Assembly (NCBI GenBank): GCA_036867785.1
Contig: CP145417.1
Location: 620,001 to 684,000 of the forward strand
DNA from: Plasmodiophora brassicae
Lineage: Eukaryota
DNA length: 64,000 bases
Direction: 5' to 3'
Both the position numbers and the translations under genes were made by a program. The notes below the pieces were generated by a model. It searched no databases, had not been told where the DNA came from, and worked only from the letters and a program-made list of their open reading frames with translations. Shown here one piece after another: positions 45,818 through 57,249 of this stretch (position 1 is its first letter; each line of letters opens with the position of its first letter).

Positions 45818-47158
45818 ATGGAGCTGCATGTGGCCGACAGCTCGACTCTCTGCCGTCTCGTGTCTTCCTGTATGGGCGTCCTGTACATGCCGGCCACGCT
45901 GGCGTGGCTCTGGCGGCGGAGAGCGCACGACCCCATCGTTCAGCGCAATCCCGTGCTGGTCGTCCTCGGTGGCGCCACCGTCTGCGTCTACATCGTCATC
46001 GACGTTCTCGTCGGTGTCCTTTATGCCGACACAGCGCCGATATTCGCTCGCTACCTCACGTTCTACATTTTGGTCCAGCTGGCATCGCAGGCATTGATCG
46101 TCCGTTGCTTGCACCTGTACTTCAGCCATTCGTACCAGTGGGAACTCTGCGATCGCCATTCTGGAAAATGGTTTCCAGGAGCATCGCTACCTCGTTTCGA
46201 CCCGCTTGGCATTGCGCGCCATTGTCGTCTCCCAGGCTGTCGGCATGACGCCACTGGTCGTCGTGATGGCCATGGACGAATCGTTCCGGCAGGCCGACCC
46301 GCACAACGTCAACTTGAACTCGCATGCTCATCGTTCTCATCGGGAACATTGCCGTCCCGGGAATCCACTTCGCAACGTCTTCGGCATACGCCAGGAAATG
46401 TCGCGAGTCCATTGCATGAGCGCCCTCGCCGTTATCGTGTACGCCGTCACCAGGCTCGAATTCCCGAGCAGCAACCTTGCCCTCGACATGTTCGTCCAGC
46501 ATGTGGCCATCCACTGCAGGTTCGTCCTGAAGGTCTTCATGCCGCTCTACTTATCGTATACGGCCGCCTGGAGGCAAGGCTGTGCCCAGGGGCCTAGCAC
46601 AACGCTTCTCGGACGTTTACTTCTAAACGAGCGTGCCGGCGATACGGTGCGACCTCTGATGACGCAAGCAGTCTGCCTGGAACTGCTCCTGTTCCTGCAA
46701 GCCGAGCAGCAGTACCGTCAGGTCTGTGCGACGGTGCCCCGACCGGATCAGTGCGCCGTCAACGTTGTTGGTCAGCAGATCATCGACCAATTCATCGTTG
46801 AAAACGCTCCCCTACAGGTATGCCCGTGTCGCCCCTCTTAAAACGTTCTAACAAGTTATCAGGTGAACATATCCTATCGGGAGTCCCGGCCGTTTCGTCA
46901 ACGAACAACGCGAAACGCTTCGCTGGCACAATCGACGGTGTGCTCAACTGACAGGCTGACCGAAATCCATGCAGGAACGTTCGACGAAGCGCGAAAGGAG
47001 GTCCTGCGGTTGCTCCAGGTGAACGTTCTGCCCCGCATATCAGGCTGGACCCGGCAATGGGACATATGTGGGATGATTTCCTCGAGCGCAATCGACAGAC
47101 GCGGGCCCTCCTATCCGAACCGGGTTCGCTTTTTGATGCGGTCACTGTCCTGTCCTGA
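45818..47158 (+). pseudogene. 7TM-RGS protein, degraded paralog of 49617-51044
   Basis: Colinear with the intact copy, but with a +1 T at about 46173 (TGG TTT CCA GG vs TGG TTC CAG), two deletions in TM5 (about 46326 and about 46369) and a 2-nt AT insertion at about 47037. It shares the intron inside LQ/VNIS. Confidence 0.8.
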
Positions 47159-47296
47159 ACATTACCATCGCCGACGAGCAACGCAGAGAGGGTTTGCTGA
47201 ACATCGGCACGTATAGTAATGGCCAGAAGCTGGCGCGCAATGCTGTTCCCGAAATAGACCGCCTGCGCTGGAAATAGACCTGCCTGCTGGACAGAC

Positions 47297-48013
47297 ATGG
47301 CGTCTGTCGACGACGTTGATGGGTCCAGCGCCATGGTGCATGGGTCCACGCTCTGCGGGTACCTGATGAAGCGGAGCGGTGGGCGCGGACGCAAGATGCA
47401 ACGACGATGGTTCGTACTGCATGGGCGCATGCTGTCGTACTTCACCCGGTACGACGACGCGCAGCGTCGAGGGTTCATCGACCTACAAGGCACTCGGGTC
47501 ACGTTGCCCGAGGGCAACCCTGCTGAGTTCGAAATCGTCACCCGCAGGAAGACGTACCTGCTGGCAGGCGATAATGCGGACGAAGTGGCGGCATGGGTCG
47601 CTGCCTTGCGACGGTCGGTCGCCATGTTCGCCAACGTCGTCACGCGCCGATCGACGGTCGGGTCGGAGCGCAACGACGACGTGCCATGGAGCGAGCTGAA
47701 GAAGGCGACGTACGCGGGCGTGGTCAGGAAACAAGGCAAAGGGTTCCAGTCCTGGAGGTCCCGGTACCTGGTCTGCATCGGAGGCGTCGCACCCGTGCTT
47801 CTCTACTTCCGGCAGGAACCGATCGGCGCCGCCTACGAGCGATACCCGCCACTCGGACGCATCCCCCTCCTGCAGGCGCACCTCATCCAGCCGGTCCCGC
47901 AGGATCCCCACACGTTCGCCATCATCACCCACGAGAAGCAGTACCGGTTCCGGGTCGACTCCGACGCCGACCTGGCCGCCTGGCTGCAGGCCATCCAGTC
48001 CTGCATCGCCTAG
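47297..48013 (+). CDS. Tandem PH-domain protein (2 x PH), 238 aa
   Basis: GYLMKRSGG..RRWFVL..LSYF..GFIDL..AAWVAAL and GVVRKQGKGFQSWRSRY..LLYF..GRIPL..AAWLQAI. Confidence 0.9.
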   Translation: MASVDDVDGSSAMVHGSTLCGYLMKRSGGRGRKMQRRWFVLHGRMLSYFTRYDDAQRRGFIDLQGTRVTLPEGNPAEFEIVTRRKTYLLAGDNADEVAAWVAALRRSVAMFANVVTRRSTVGSERNDDVPWSELKKATYAGVVRKQGKGFQSWRSRYLVCIGGVAPVLLYFRQEPIGAAYERYPPLGRIPLLQAHLIQPVPQDPHTFAIITHEKQYRFRVDSDADLAAWLQAIQSCIA

Positions 48014-48130
48014 AGGCTAGATCCGAAACCGTTGCGCCAGTTCAGGGCCACCTGCTGCACTGCAAACGCCATCCTCCCGCTATTAATAAACAGTCGTGCC
48101 TCGGTCGTTCCCACCGACGACCGCACACGG

Positions 48131-49600
48131 ATGACGGCTGTCGTGACGCACGAGATCGGTGCCGCGCGCCTGGCGACATCCAACTACCTGCAGTACGGTA
48201 CGCCAGCGGGGGCGGTGTGTGGCTATGCGTTCGCCGGCTGATGGTGTGTCCGGGTGCAGCGGTATGCCATCACGACCCGTCGTGCCTGGTCGTCGATGCG
48301 GACGGCGGCGTCAGCTGGGTGCGCGTCGACGTGGCGCGTCGCTCGGCGCATGTCGTGCGCCGGATTCATCCATCGTCGTAACAGGGCGTTCCTCAGTGCT
48401 GATTGCCGCGCCGGTTCTTACGTGTGCCTGCGACGTACGTAGGGAGGCTGCCTGCGTGGTCGCCATGGCGCTGTCGGAATCGCTCTACGCTGCCGTGGCC
48501 GATTCCACACGAGCGATAACCGTGTACGACGCCGCCGTCGATGGCCACCGGGTTCCGTTCGTCTCCCTACTCGCCGATGCGTCCGTCGTATCGATGGCGT
48601 TCACCAGTGACCCGCACCTGATCGTGCTGACGCGCACGTCTCTGTCCGTTTACGACGTGATGGACAGGGCGTCGAATGTGAAACGCGTTCCTGGTGTGAC
48701 CGCGTTCTCGTACTGCCCGACGTCGGGGCTGGTCTACAGGACTCGCGACCATGTGTTTGTCGATGATCCGACGCCGACCACGGTCCGGGTACCAATGGGC
48801 GCCTCGGGCGCGCGCCTGGTCGCCCGGATAGGACCGGACCGCCTCGTCGTCGTCGAGAACCAGCAACCGCGATTGCCTGCGTCTCTAGTAGACGGATGCT
48901 TTCCGACGGATCAGTCGCCGATGGACCACTTGACCAACGTCGTCTCGGACGCTGCGGCCGTCCCGCCGTCATCCCGCGTCATCGTCACTGACTACGCCGG
49001 TAACGACAACACCTGCGAGCGGTTCGACGACGAATTCGCATCGATCGATATGGCCGCGTACGACACGAAAGACGGCCTGTTAGCCGTCGCGTCATTCACG
49101 GCCAGCAAGGTGTTGCGGGTGCGACTGCTCGAGGCAGGTTGGCGCTGATCAGTGGTTCCGTTTCCATTAGGTGCATGTCGTGAGGGTCGTTGGCGACTCC
49201 CTCGCGAGGACGTGGAACCACGATTTCAGCGATGGTGCCCGTGTTCGAGGATTGTCCTGGCATCGTGATCCAGCCCGTGACGCTGTGTTCCTGTTCGTCT
49301 TGGTCGTTCGACCTGGAGGGCACCCTGCGCCCGTGTTCCAGCCACGTTACCTGTCGGGCCCGAGCTCCCTGACCGTCTTCGAGCATCGTGTCGGGCCTGC
49401 CATTGATCGCGCCCCCAGTCCGTCGTCTCCCGTCCTGGATAAGCTGCAGGAGGTTCTCGACGCTATCGCCGACCTCAAAATGCAAATCGTGCCCGAGATC
49501 GCTGCCATCCAATCCCGATTAAACACCTTGGAGCAGCGTTTCAGGTATTACGGCGAAAGCCATCGACGAGTGCCCTCATGCGACAGGCACAGTTTAATGT
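48131..49600 (+). CDS. Beta-propeller/WD40-like protein with C-terminal coiled coil (possibly WDCP-like), multi-exon
   Basis: Beta-rich ORF segments (AITVYD, SLSVYD, RVRGLSW) joined by short introns, then the heptad LDKLQEVLDAIADLK..IQSRLNTLEQ. 3' end uncertain. Confidence 0.5.
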
Positions 49601-49616
49601 ACAAATGCTCTGGTGT

Positions 49617-51044
49617 TCATGGCGGAAGCACAGTGACCGTGACCGGGTACGGATTCGCTTCCGAGCGCAGGACCAGCGTCTGACGGTTGCGCTCGAGGAA
49701 GTCCTCCCAGACGCGGTTCAGGGCGGGGTCCGACTTGATACGGGTCATGATGTTCGCCTGTATCAGCTGCACGACCTCCTTGCGCGGGCGGTCGAACGTC
49801 TCCACAGTGAATTCCGTCATGATCTCCGTCATCATCACCGTGCTTGGCCTGGCCAACGATATCCGGCGCCTCTTCACTGGTCGAAACGGCTTGGCTGCCA
49901 CATCCGATATGTTGACCTGTATTCCGCCAGTCACGTCAGACGTGAACGGCGGAGACAACCAGGCCGAGCGAACACACACACACACCTGAAGGGAAGCATT
50001 CTCAACGATAAAGTCCTTGATGATGCGCCTCCCGGCTGCGTCAATAGTGGCCTGATCCGCCCTGGGCACCGTGGTGAACATCTGGCGGTACTGCTGTTCG
50101 GCCTGTAGGAACAGGAGCAGCTCCAGGCAGAACGTTTGCACCATCACAGGTCGGACAGCATCGCGAACGCTTTCGTTCATAAGGAACCTCTCGAAGGCGG
50201 TCGTGTTCTGCCCCAGGGCTCGGTCCTGCTTCCAGGCGGGCGTATACGATAAGTACAACGGCATGCAGACCGTCAGGACGAACAGGGCGTGCAGGGCGGC
50301 ATGCAGGACGAACATATCGAGCGAAAGGGTACTGAGGCGCGGGAGCCCGAACTTGATGATCACGTACGCGAGCACGCCGATGCCTCCCATGCGGTTCACG
50401 TGCGACATCTCCTGACGGATGCCGAAGACGTCGCGGATCGGCCCGAGTAGGAAGCTGATGCGGGCCAGTGCAAGAATGTGAATGGCGGTGACGAGGATGT
50501 TCCCGATGAGAACGATGAGCACCGGCGTCGGGTGCGAGCTGAAGATGACGGTGTTCGGGTCAACGTGCAGGAACGAGGCGTCCATCGCCATGACGATGAA
50601 CACGGGTATCAGGTCGACAGCCTGGACCAGGCCGATGACGCGCAACGCGAACCTGGTGGACACGAGGTACCGGTGGTCCTGGAACCAGGTCCCGGATTGG
50701 GCCTGGAGCTCATGCTGGTACGAATGAATGAAGAACAGGTGCAGGCCCCGGGCGATCAGGGCCTGCAGCGCCAGGGGCATGAGTGAGTACAGCACAGAGA
50801 ACCGGATGAACAATGGAATGTAGTCGATGAGGACGGCGTTCGCGAGGAAATCGATGATGATGTAGGAGAAGGTGGCGGCTCCGCCCATGAAGACCAGCAA
50901 GGGATTGCGCTGACCGATTGGATCGCAGGTTCGCCGTTGCCACAGCCATGCTAAAGACGCCGGCATGTATACGGCGGCGAACAACGACGATAAGACGCGG
51001 CATAAAACGGACGTGTCCGACAAATCCAACGTCCCGGTCGCCAT
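49617..51044 (-). CDS. Seven-transmembrane RGS protein (7TM-RGS, AtRGS1-like architecture), intact, one in-frame intron
   Basis: Seven hydrophobic segments and DVFGIRQE, followed by the RGS box FERFL..FCLELLLFL..YR, IIKDFIVENASLQ/VNIS, FDRPRKEVVQLIQANIMTR. Confidence 0.85.
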   Translation of the reverse strand: MATGTLDLSDTSVLCRVLSSLFAAVYMPASLAWLWQRRTCDPIGQRNPLLVFMGGAATFSYIIIDFLANAVLIDYIPLFIRFSVLYSLMPLALQALIARGLHLFFIHSYQHELQAQSGTWFQDHRYLVSTRFALRVIGLVQAVDLIPVFIVMAMDASFLHVDPNTVIFSSHPTPVLIVLIGNILVTAIHILALARISFLLGPIRDVFGIRQEMSHVNRMGGIGVLAYVIIKFGLPRLSTLSLDMFVLHAALHALFVLTVCMPLYLSYTPAWKQDRALGQNTTAFERFLMNESVRDAVRPVMVQTFCLELLLFLQAEQQYRQMFTTVPRADQATIDAAGRRIIKDFIVENASLQVCVCVRSAWLSPPFTSDVTGGIQVNISDVAAKPFRPVKRRRISLARPSTVMMTEIMTEFTVETFDRPRKEVVQLIQANIMTRIKSDPALNRVWEDFLERNRQTLVLRSEANPYPVTVTVLPP

Positions 51045-52275
51045 CGTGGACGGCAATACTGATAACTTGAGGTACCTGGTAATTAAGCCCACTAGACTCA
51101 GCCTGCGATCGTGGCGTACCCAAGGCACCAATCATTTTAACCGCCAACTGGGGTCACACTCAATTTGGTGTCACCTTCGACTACATGGAGTCACCATGGT
51201 GAACTTCTGACCCATTGTCTCGCGTGAACGCGGAAGAGGTTCCATATTCGCAGGACTGGGACCGGTTCCTGTTTCCAGCCGAGATCTTGCCAAGTGCAGC
51301 GTCCAGTCCCACAGAAACATTCCGTTTCTAGGAATACGTGTCAACCGGCCTTGACAGCCTCTGCTGCCTATCAGTATGGTGATGAGCAAGCATGTAGCCG
51401 GCAGACATTGGGCGTGGGTGCCGCTTAGCATAATGAAGGGACCGGTAGGCAACCGGTTAATTGTCATACAGGGCGAGTGAGGTTGAAACGCGGGGTGCAT
51501 AGCGCTCATGCATTCTGTAAACACGGACAGCGAGCGCGCCATGCAAGCAATGACGAGTCAGCTGCGTTGGTGAACGCAAACTGGCAAACTCGCTCGCGAT
51601 CCGGCGCGATCATCGACCGAGGAGACGAAAACGGGGATCGGGAACGAACTGGCCCAGTGTGACCGATTTCGACCCGCACGCCATATGCGCGAACCTGGAG
51701 GGGCGCCCACCCAGTCACAGGAATGGAGGTTCCGGTGACTGGGTGGGCGCACCTCCAGGTTCGCGCACCTGAAAGGGAAAGCCGATTTGAAAGCGTAGAG
51801 CGGACGAGAGTTATCCAACACTGAGCCCCTCAGTCAATTGATCGTGCGAAACACAGTGGGCTGAAGAATACCACGCGTTGGGGTTCCCGCTCGACCGGCT
51901 GCAAGGTGACCCACGCAGGGCCTCAAGTTCAGACTGACTACTGATATCGGGACGCACGTACGAACCCAGACGCCATCGTGGTCCCTGGACCGCACGGGAG
52001 ATTACGCAGCAGGACAGTCGAGTTTCGACGTCCAACCTGTTTATATCGATCTGAACCATCGCGAAAGAACGGCGTGGGCGACGTTCCGGATACGACTGTA
52101 CGCCTTGTATCGAATACTCCGATCGCACTGGGGGGTGACTCGGACGCTGGTCTATCTTTGACGAGGTCGCGAAACTTTGATGTAGGTAGTGCCCGTCGCC
52201 ATCACGACGAGTACATGCTCGACGATAAATAGGGAGTTTATGGTGCACTGAGATCGGTGGACAGCGCCGCAGCTA

Positions 52276-54952
52276 CTACAAAGCAGCACGACTCATAACT
52301 TCGGCAGAGCACCTATCGCAGACCCGGACAGGAGCGTCCTTGCTGATTCGGTCAACGATGAGCCTTGACGTTGAGCACAGTTTGCAGACGAGCGCACCAC
52401 TAACGACCGAGGTCAGCATACCGGACACGAAGCAGGAATAGATGGGGAACCAACCATTCCCTGCAGTGGTGCCTTCGCCGCTTCAGTGTAAACGACCGAT
52501 CGCAGATCAGGCAGAATTTGGAGTCCGCATTGCCCATCCAATCATGGTTGCTGTTCGCACGGGAAGCGACGGGCGACAGGATCGAGTTCGTCGATGACCG
52601 CCTAGAGGCTGCGACCGGCTCGTCATTGTCGCTGTCGGCCACCTCCGTTTCGGCTTGAAGCAGATCCTCTTTCGGACGGCACCGATCGCATACCCGAACG
52701 GCGGCGGACGCTGAATCGCCATCCAACCGGGTCCGCGTTGCTGAACATTGCTGGCAGGTCAGCACACCGCAGGAACGGCAGTGATGTCGGCGGACGAGCT
52801 GTTACGAGCATAAGTACGCGCACGTATTCATCGAGCGCCAGCGTCAAATGGTTACCATTGAGAATTCACGTCGGCAGAGGTTGCAGAAATTGTCAGCATC
52901 GTCGGGTACCCATTCGACTTGTGCCCGACCAGCAGTCTGCTTTGTGATCCGTCCAATGTCTTGCACCCAGCGGGACGCGCTATCGGATTCGAAAGTGAAA
53001 CACATCGACAGCCACGACAGCTGGCATACGCGATCATCGACAGGACGGATTGTCGGGGTGTGGACCCGGGTATCGATTCGCCACCTTTCGAGGAGCCCGC
53101 AGCTCGACGCTTCTTTGCAGATGAGGATCAGATCCGAGAACAGCAACATCCGGTAGGGTTTCCCGCCAAAGAACGTTCGGGCGACAAGGCCTTCGACAAT
53201 AAAGACGCGCCCAGGGCGGAACAACGACGTCCGTTCGACGAACCGGTTCTCAATTTCCGCTATGGATGCGCTACCTGCCATTCGCGCCAAGCATTCGACA
53301 GCAGACGATGCGCAATCGCCAATGATCTTGCAGACGAGTTGCAGGCCAGCGTGGTCGGCGTGTTCGACGGGTGTCGAATCGACGATTCTCGTGCAGGCGT
53401 CAGAAATCATAGGCAGCGATCGCACCGGACGAACCAGCGAGTCAATCACCGTTTGCTGACTGCAGCTGACCGACTGTTCGTCCATGAGGCCCATCTCAGC
53501 CATGTAGTGTGACAGTTCGCCGAAAAGACAAGCGTGGTCGCTGAGAACGGACCCGATCGACTGCTGATTGTCCTCATTCCACGACGAAACCAGGTCTGTC
53601 AGAGCAGCCACAAACTCGCCCGATAATCGCGATATCGTTCGAATCTGCGAGCGCAGATCGCATAATGGCCCCGAGCAATCCAGCTCGTCTAGACCGGTCC
53701 CGCGAATCGATTCCAGGTCGACCCTGTGGGCGCGAGCCGCCGCCAGAAGATCTTCGGCGACCCGTTTCCGACACAGGCTGGTGTTGATCGACGACAGCCG
53801 CGCATCAATCAAATCTCGTTCGACAGAGGACGTCGGTGGTTCAAGACGCTGGCGGACGTCGAGACAAGAGTCGCATACGCGTTTGCGCTTAGAAGCGTGA
53901 TTGCTTGGAAGCAGCACACGCCCAGACGAGCATAACGCGCAAACAAGAGCGCCGCAACGCCTGCAGTGATGACGACGACGATACAACGTGAACACACGGA
54001 GACACAGGACACATCGAGTTGACGATGAATCATCCATCCACTGCGAGCGGGACGCTGACAGCAGAGAAACCTGTTCCGATACAGATTGGGTCCACAGCGC
54101 CATTTCCGCATTGGACTCCGCTTTCAGCACGACCAACGCGCCGTCATTCGACATAGAAGCAGCAAAGTCAAACACTGGGCGCACCTTGGCGCCATACAGG
54201 TCGACGACGAAATCGACGATCAGCCTGCCGTCCAGGTCATGGATGGCGCCGAGCAGCATGTCGGAGAAGTGAAAGACGACCGTTGAACGAGTCGTCAGCG
54301 GCGTCACCCGTTTCAGGGTGTGCCGCGACACCAGCGTCCTCGTCGGATGGACAAGCGACAGGTGCGACTTCCCAGACGGCTCGAACAGCTGCGCGCTGAC
54401 ATCGCTGAGCACGTCGAGTCGCGCCACGTCGCTCTTGACGATGCTGACGTACGCGGCGACGTTTTCCACAACGTCGACCGCGTTGAATGGAGGATTGAAC
54501 GCCACGACGCGAGGCTGTTCCCAGGGTATGCAGAACAACTGACGGCCTGACATGCCTGCCGACCGCGGATCGGCGCCAGCAGATGCCAACCGGTCACGTA
54601 ACGACGGATCCCGTCGAACTTCCCGAAGCGCCGCATGGCACAGACGAGACAGGTCGCAGTACTTGCTGAATTCGCGTTCGAACCTCTCTTTCCCGATCGT
54701 GATTCGTCGTCGCAGGGTGACGTGCAGGTCGCGAACCTGGGCCAGGCGCCGCAGATACAGCCGCAGGCACCGGGTCGCGTCGCCGGACCTCGGTACGTCA
54801 CCGAATGCGTCGATCAGCGCCGACAGTCGGTGCTCATACACGACGCTGTCGGGCACCGGACCGCCACCCGGCGTCGCCGTCACGCCCATCCACCAATAAA
54901 CAGCCCGGCGCTGCCGAAAACGCAGTGACGACGGCGCGCCACTGAAACCCAC
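52276..54952 (-). CDS. FGD-like protein with PH, divergent DH-like and three FYVE domains
   Basis: FYVE motifs WMDD..RRRHHCRRCG..RVC, WVPD..RRHHCRSCG..RVC (spliced) and WMGN..RRRHHCRE..RVC. PH-like segments (FHFSDML, LLFSDLILIC) and DH-like LVRPVRSLP..TPVEHADH. 5' end uncertain. Confidence 0.82.
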
Positions 54953-55241
54953 TTCGAACTTCCGGGCTTTGTCCAGTAAGTCCGACAGGCGACGTTGTCA
55001 CCACATTTGTTCCGCGTCGCGCCACTCTCCGCCTCGCCGAATCACGCGGTTGGGACGGGAGACGTTACAGAGCGCGAGGCAGGTACACCCTACCTTGGCT
55101 TTGTACTTGTTCGGCGGCAGCGCGCGGAGTGTGGGGGCGCTTCGGCAACGAAGTATCGTCATCGTCCTCATCATTGGATCTATTTATTGAGCACAGGTGC
55201 TGATCGGCATGCTTAGGTTACTACAGACTACATGGAATATT

Positions 55242-56981
55242 CTACATAAGTTGCCCGACGAGCGTCTCCAGGAACGGCTTCAGGTCGTCCTTGGCGATCT
55301 CGGTGATGGACGTGTCGAACCAGTCCTGGCGAGCGCGAGCCTTGGTCAAGTAGGCCGCCTCTGAAAACCCAACGGAGAACAGGTTCCGTTGGGAAGCGGT
55401 TGACGACGACGACTCATGCCCAGATCTCGGGACGCCGACGATAAGATAGGATTGGCGATCTTCGATGTAGGAACAGAGCACGAACGGGATGATCTTCACT
55501 CTTCTTCCTGCAGCGGCAGATCTGCCGCCGACTCTGGACCGTTTCCTCAGCGCAGTGTTCTGCTCGATCAGTACGGTTTCGTACGCGTCGATGAGGAAGA
55601 ACGCCAGCTTGGACAGCGCGAGCGGATGTGTGAAGATCACATGACGACCAGGGCTATCCAGGACACACAATCGGAACTGACCCGTAGACTTGACAGCCTT
55701 CTTGATCAGAAGCGAGTGGCCGCTGCGAGTGATCTCCTGTTGTAGTTCGACCGCTAGCTGAAGGCCTCGTTGGGTCACGTGAACGTTGCACGATTTCATA
55801 GAATCGTGGGCGCGCCAGAAGTTCGATTCCCATGACGCGACAGCGCCTTCAGCGTCAACGCTGTGAGATTCCAGAAGGGCGGACACGGCTAGTGCCATGT
55901 CGGCCGCGGCCACAACAAGGCCGTCCGCGAATTGCCTGGTGAACGACGCCGCGAACAGATCCTCCTTCTCCAGGCCGTACTCGTGAGCATAGTTCTCGAT
56001 CTGCTTGTTGAGCGTCTCCTTGCACGTCTTGTGCATCAACCGGTACGGGAATCTGCTCTCCTGGAACGGAATGCCCAGCTTGGCCAGAATCAGGTTCAGC
56101 TCTTGGCGCCCAGAATCCCGCCATACTTTCAGCTTGATGGCGACCCTCTGTGTGTGGAACATCGAATCGAACAGGTTCCAATGTCCAAGCAGCGTGAAAC
56201 CGAGCGCCTTCGGCACGAACGTGATCAGACCGTCGACAGCGACCCGCACCTGGTCATCGGCGTCAGCATAGCCGCCGTCATCGTCCGGCACCTTGTTCTT
56301 ATTGAAGACTTCTTTGATGAACATGTCGACCTCGTTTTGATACATCCACTTTGATATTCGCCGATGGACCCATTGATCAGTCAGGCCGACTATCCCGCTC
56401 CACAGCAGGTCGTTATCGTCCTTCGCCAGCTGCTGCGACAGATCGTAGGCAAGCGCCGCAGCCGATATTTCGTAGAACGCGCCGTTGTAGTGTTCGGCAA
56501 CCCGTCGACGGCGGTCTTGTCGGACCCTCGCCACCGTTTCGTCCTCGCCATCATCGTCAGACAGGTCGTCATCGCTGGGGAACGCTGGAGGCTCAATGCT
56601 GCCGTCCAGGCAAACGATGGACGTGTTGTTCGGGTGGACATTCGTCAAATGGTAGGGGCGATGCGAGTCGAGCACGTAAACATGCAGGTCGTCGCGAGGC
56701 GGGAGCTCCGCTTTCAGGTTGATGTTGGCGCCACAGTTGATCATGATGATACTTTTGACGGCGTCGTCGACGGCACCGACAGACCGTAGGAGGTCGTCGT
56801 AGGATGCGACCGGAACGACCTTGTACAGGAGGTGATCCATGCGCAGCAGCGACGTCAATATGTGACAGGCGCATATCGAGTCGCAGTCGATGTTGACGAA
56901 CAGGAGGACGGGCGATGCGGATGCCGCCGCCTTGCGTACGTCGGCCCATGCGTCGGCGAGTTCGTTGCGCAACACGAGCAT
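55242..56981 (-). CDS. CDC45: DNA replication factor CDC45, single exon
   Basis: LFVNIDCDSICACHIL, MINCGA, LDSHRPYHLTNV, LLWSGIVGLTDQ, HWNLFDSM, LAKLGIP, HPLALSKLA. Confidence 0.96.
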   Translation of the reverse strand: MLVLRNELADAWADVRKAAASASPVLLFVNIDCDSICACHILTSLLRMDHLLYKVVPVASYDDLLRSVGAVDDAVKSIIMINCGANINLKAELPPRDDLHVYVLDSHRPYHLTNVHPNNTSIVCLDGSIEPPAFPSDDDLSDDDGEDETVARVRQDRRRRVAEHYNGAFYEISAAALAYDLSQQLAKDDNDLLWSGIVGLTDQWVHRRISKWMYQNEVDMFIKEVFNKNKVPDDDGGYADADDQVRVAVDGLITFVPKALGFTLLGHWNLFDSMFHTQRVAIKLKVWRDSGRQELNLILAKLGIPFQESRFPYRLMHKTCKETLNKQIENYAHEYGLEKEDLFAASFTRQFADGLVVAAADMALAVSALLESHSVDAEGAVASWESNFWRAHDSMKSCNVHVTQRGLQLAVELQQEITRSGHSLLIKKAVKSTGQFRLCVLDSPGRHVIFTHPLALSKLAFFLIDAYETVLIEQNTALRKRSRVGGRSAAAGRRVKIIPFVLCSYIEDRQSYLIVGVPRSGHESSSSTASQRNLFSVGFSEAAYLTKARARQDWFDTSITEIAKDDLKPFLETLVGQLM

Positions 56982-57249
56982 CCGCCGTCGGCAAGAAGGC
57001 ACCGGCGTCCGCTTGGCGGGCCCCGGCCACCCGTCACACAAATGAACGTGCCCGAGCCTGACCAGCCACGCGTTACGCGCGCCCGCCCCGCCTTCACGCT
57101 CTGGCGTAGACTATTCGGTCTCCTGACAGTGGTTCGTGGCGCGGGTTTTTCGCGACTCGCCTGTCGAGGCGGTTGAGGGGCGCAGCTGCACCAATCGCGG
57201 GTTGCGCCTTCCGTGCCGCCGCCGCCGCCGCACCACGCGCTGGGGTAGT

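Noticed and set aside
51150-52270. Short ORFs in a 1.1-kb gap
   Set aside because: No recognisable motif or coding bias. It could be decayed repeat DNA, but I cannot support that.
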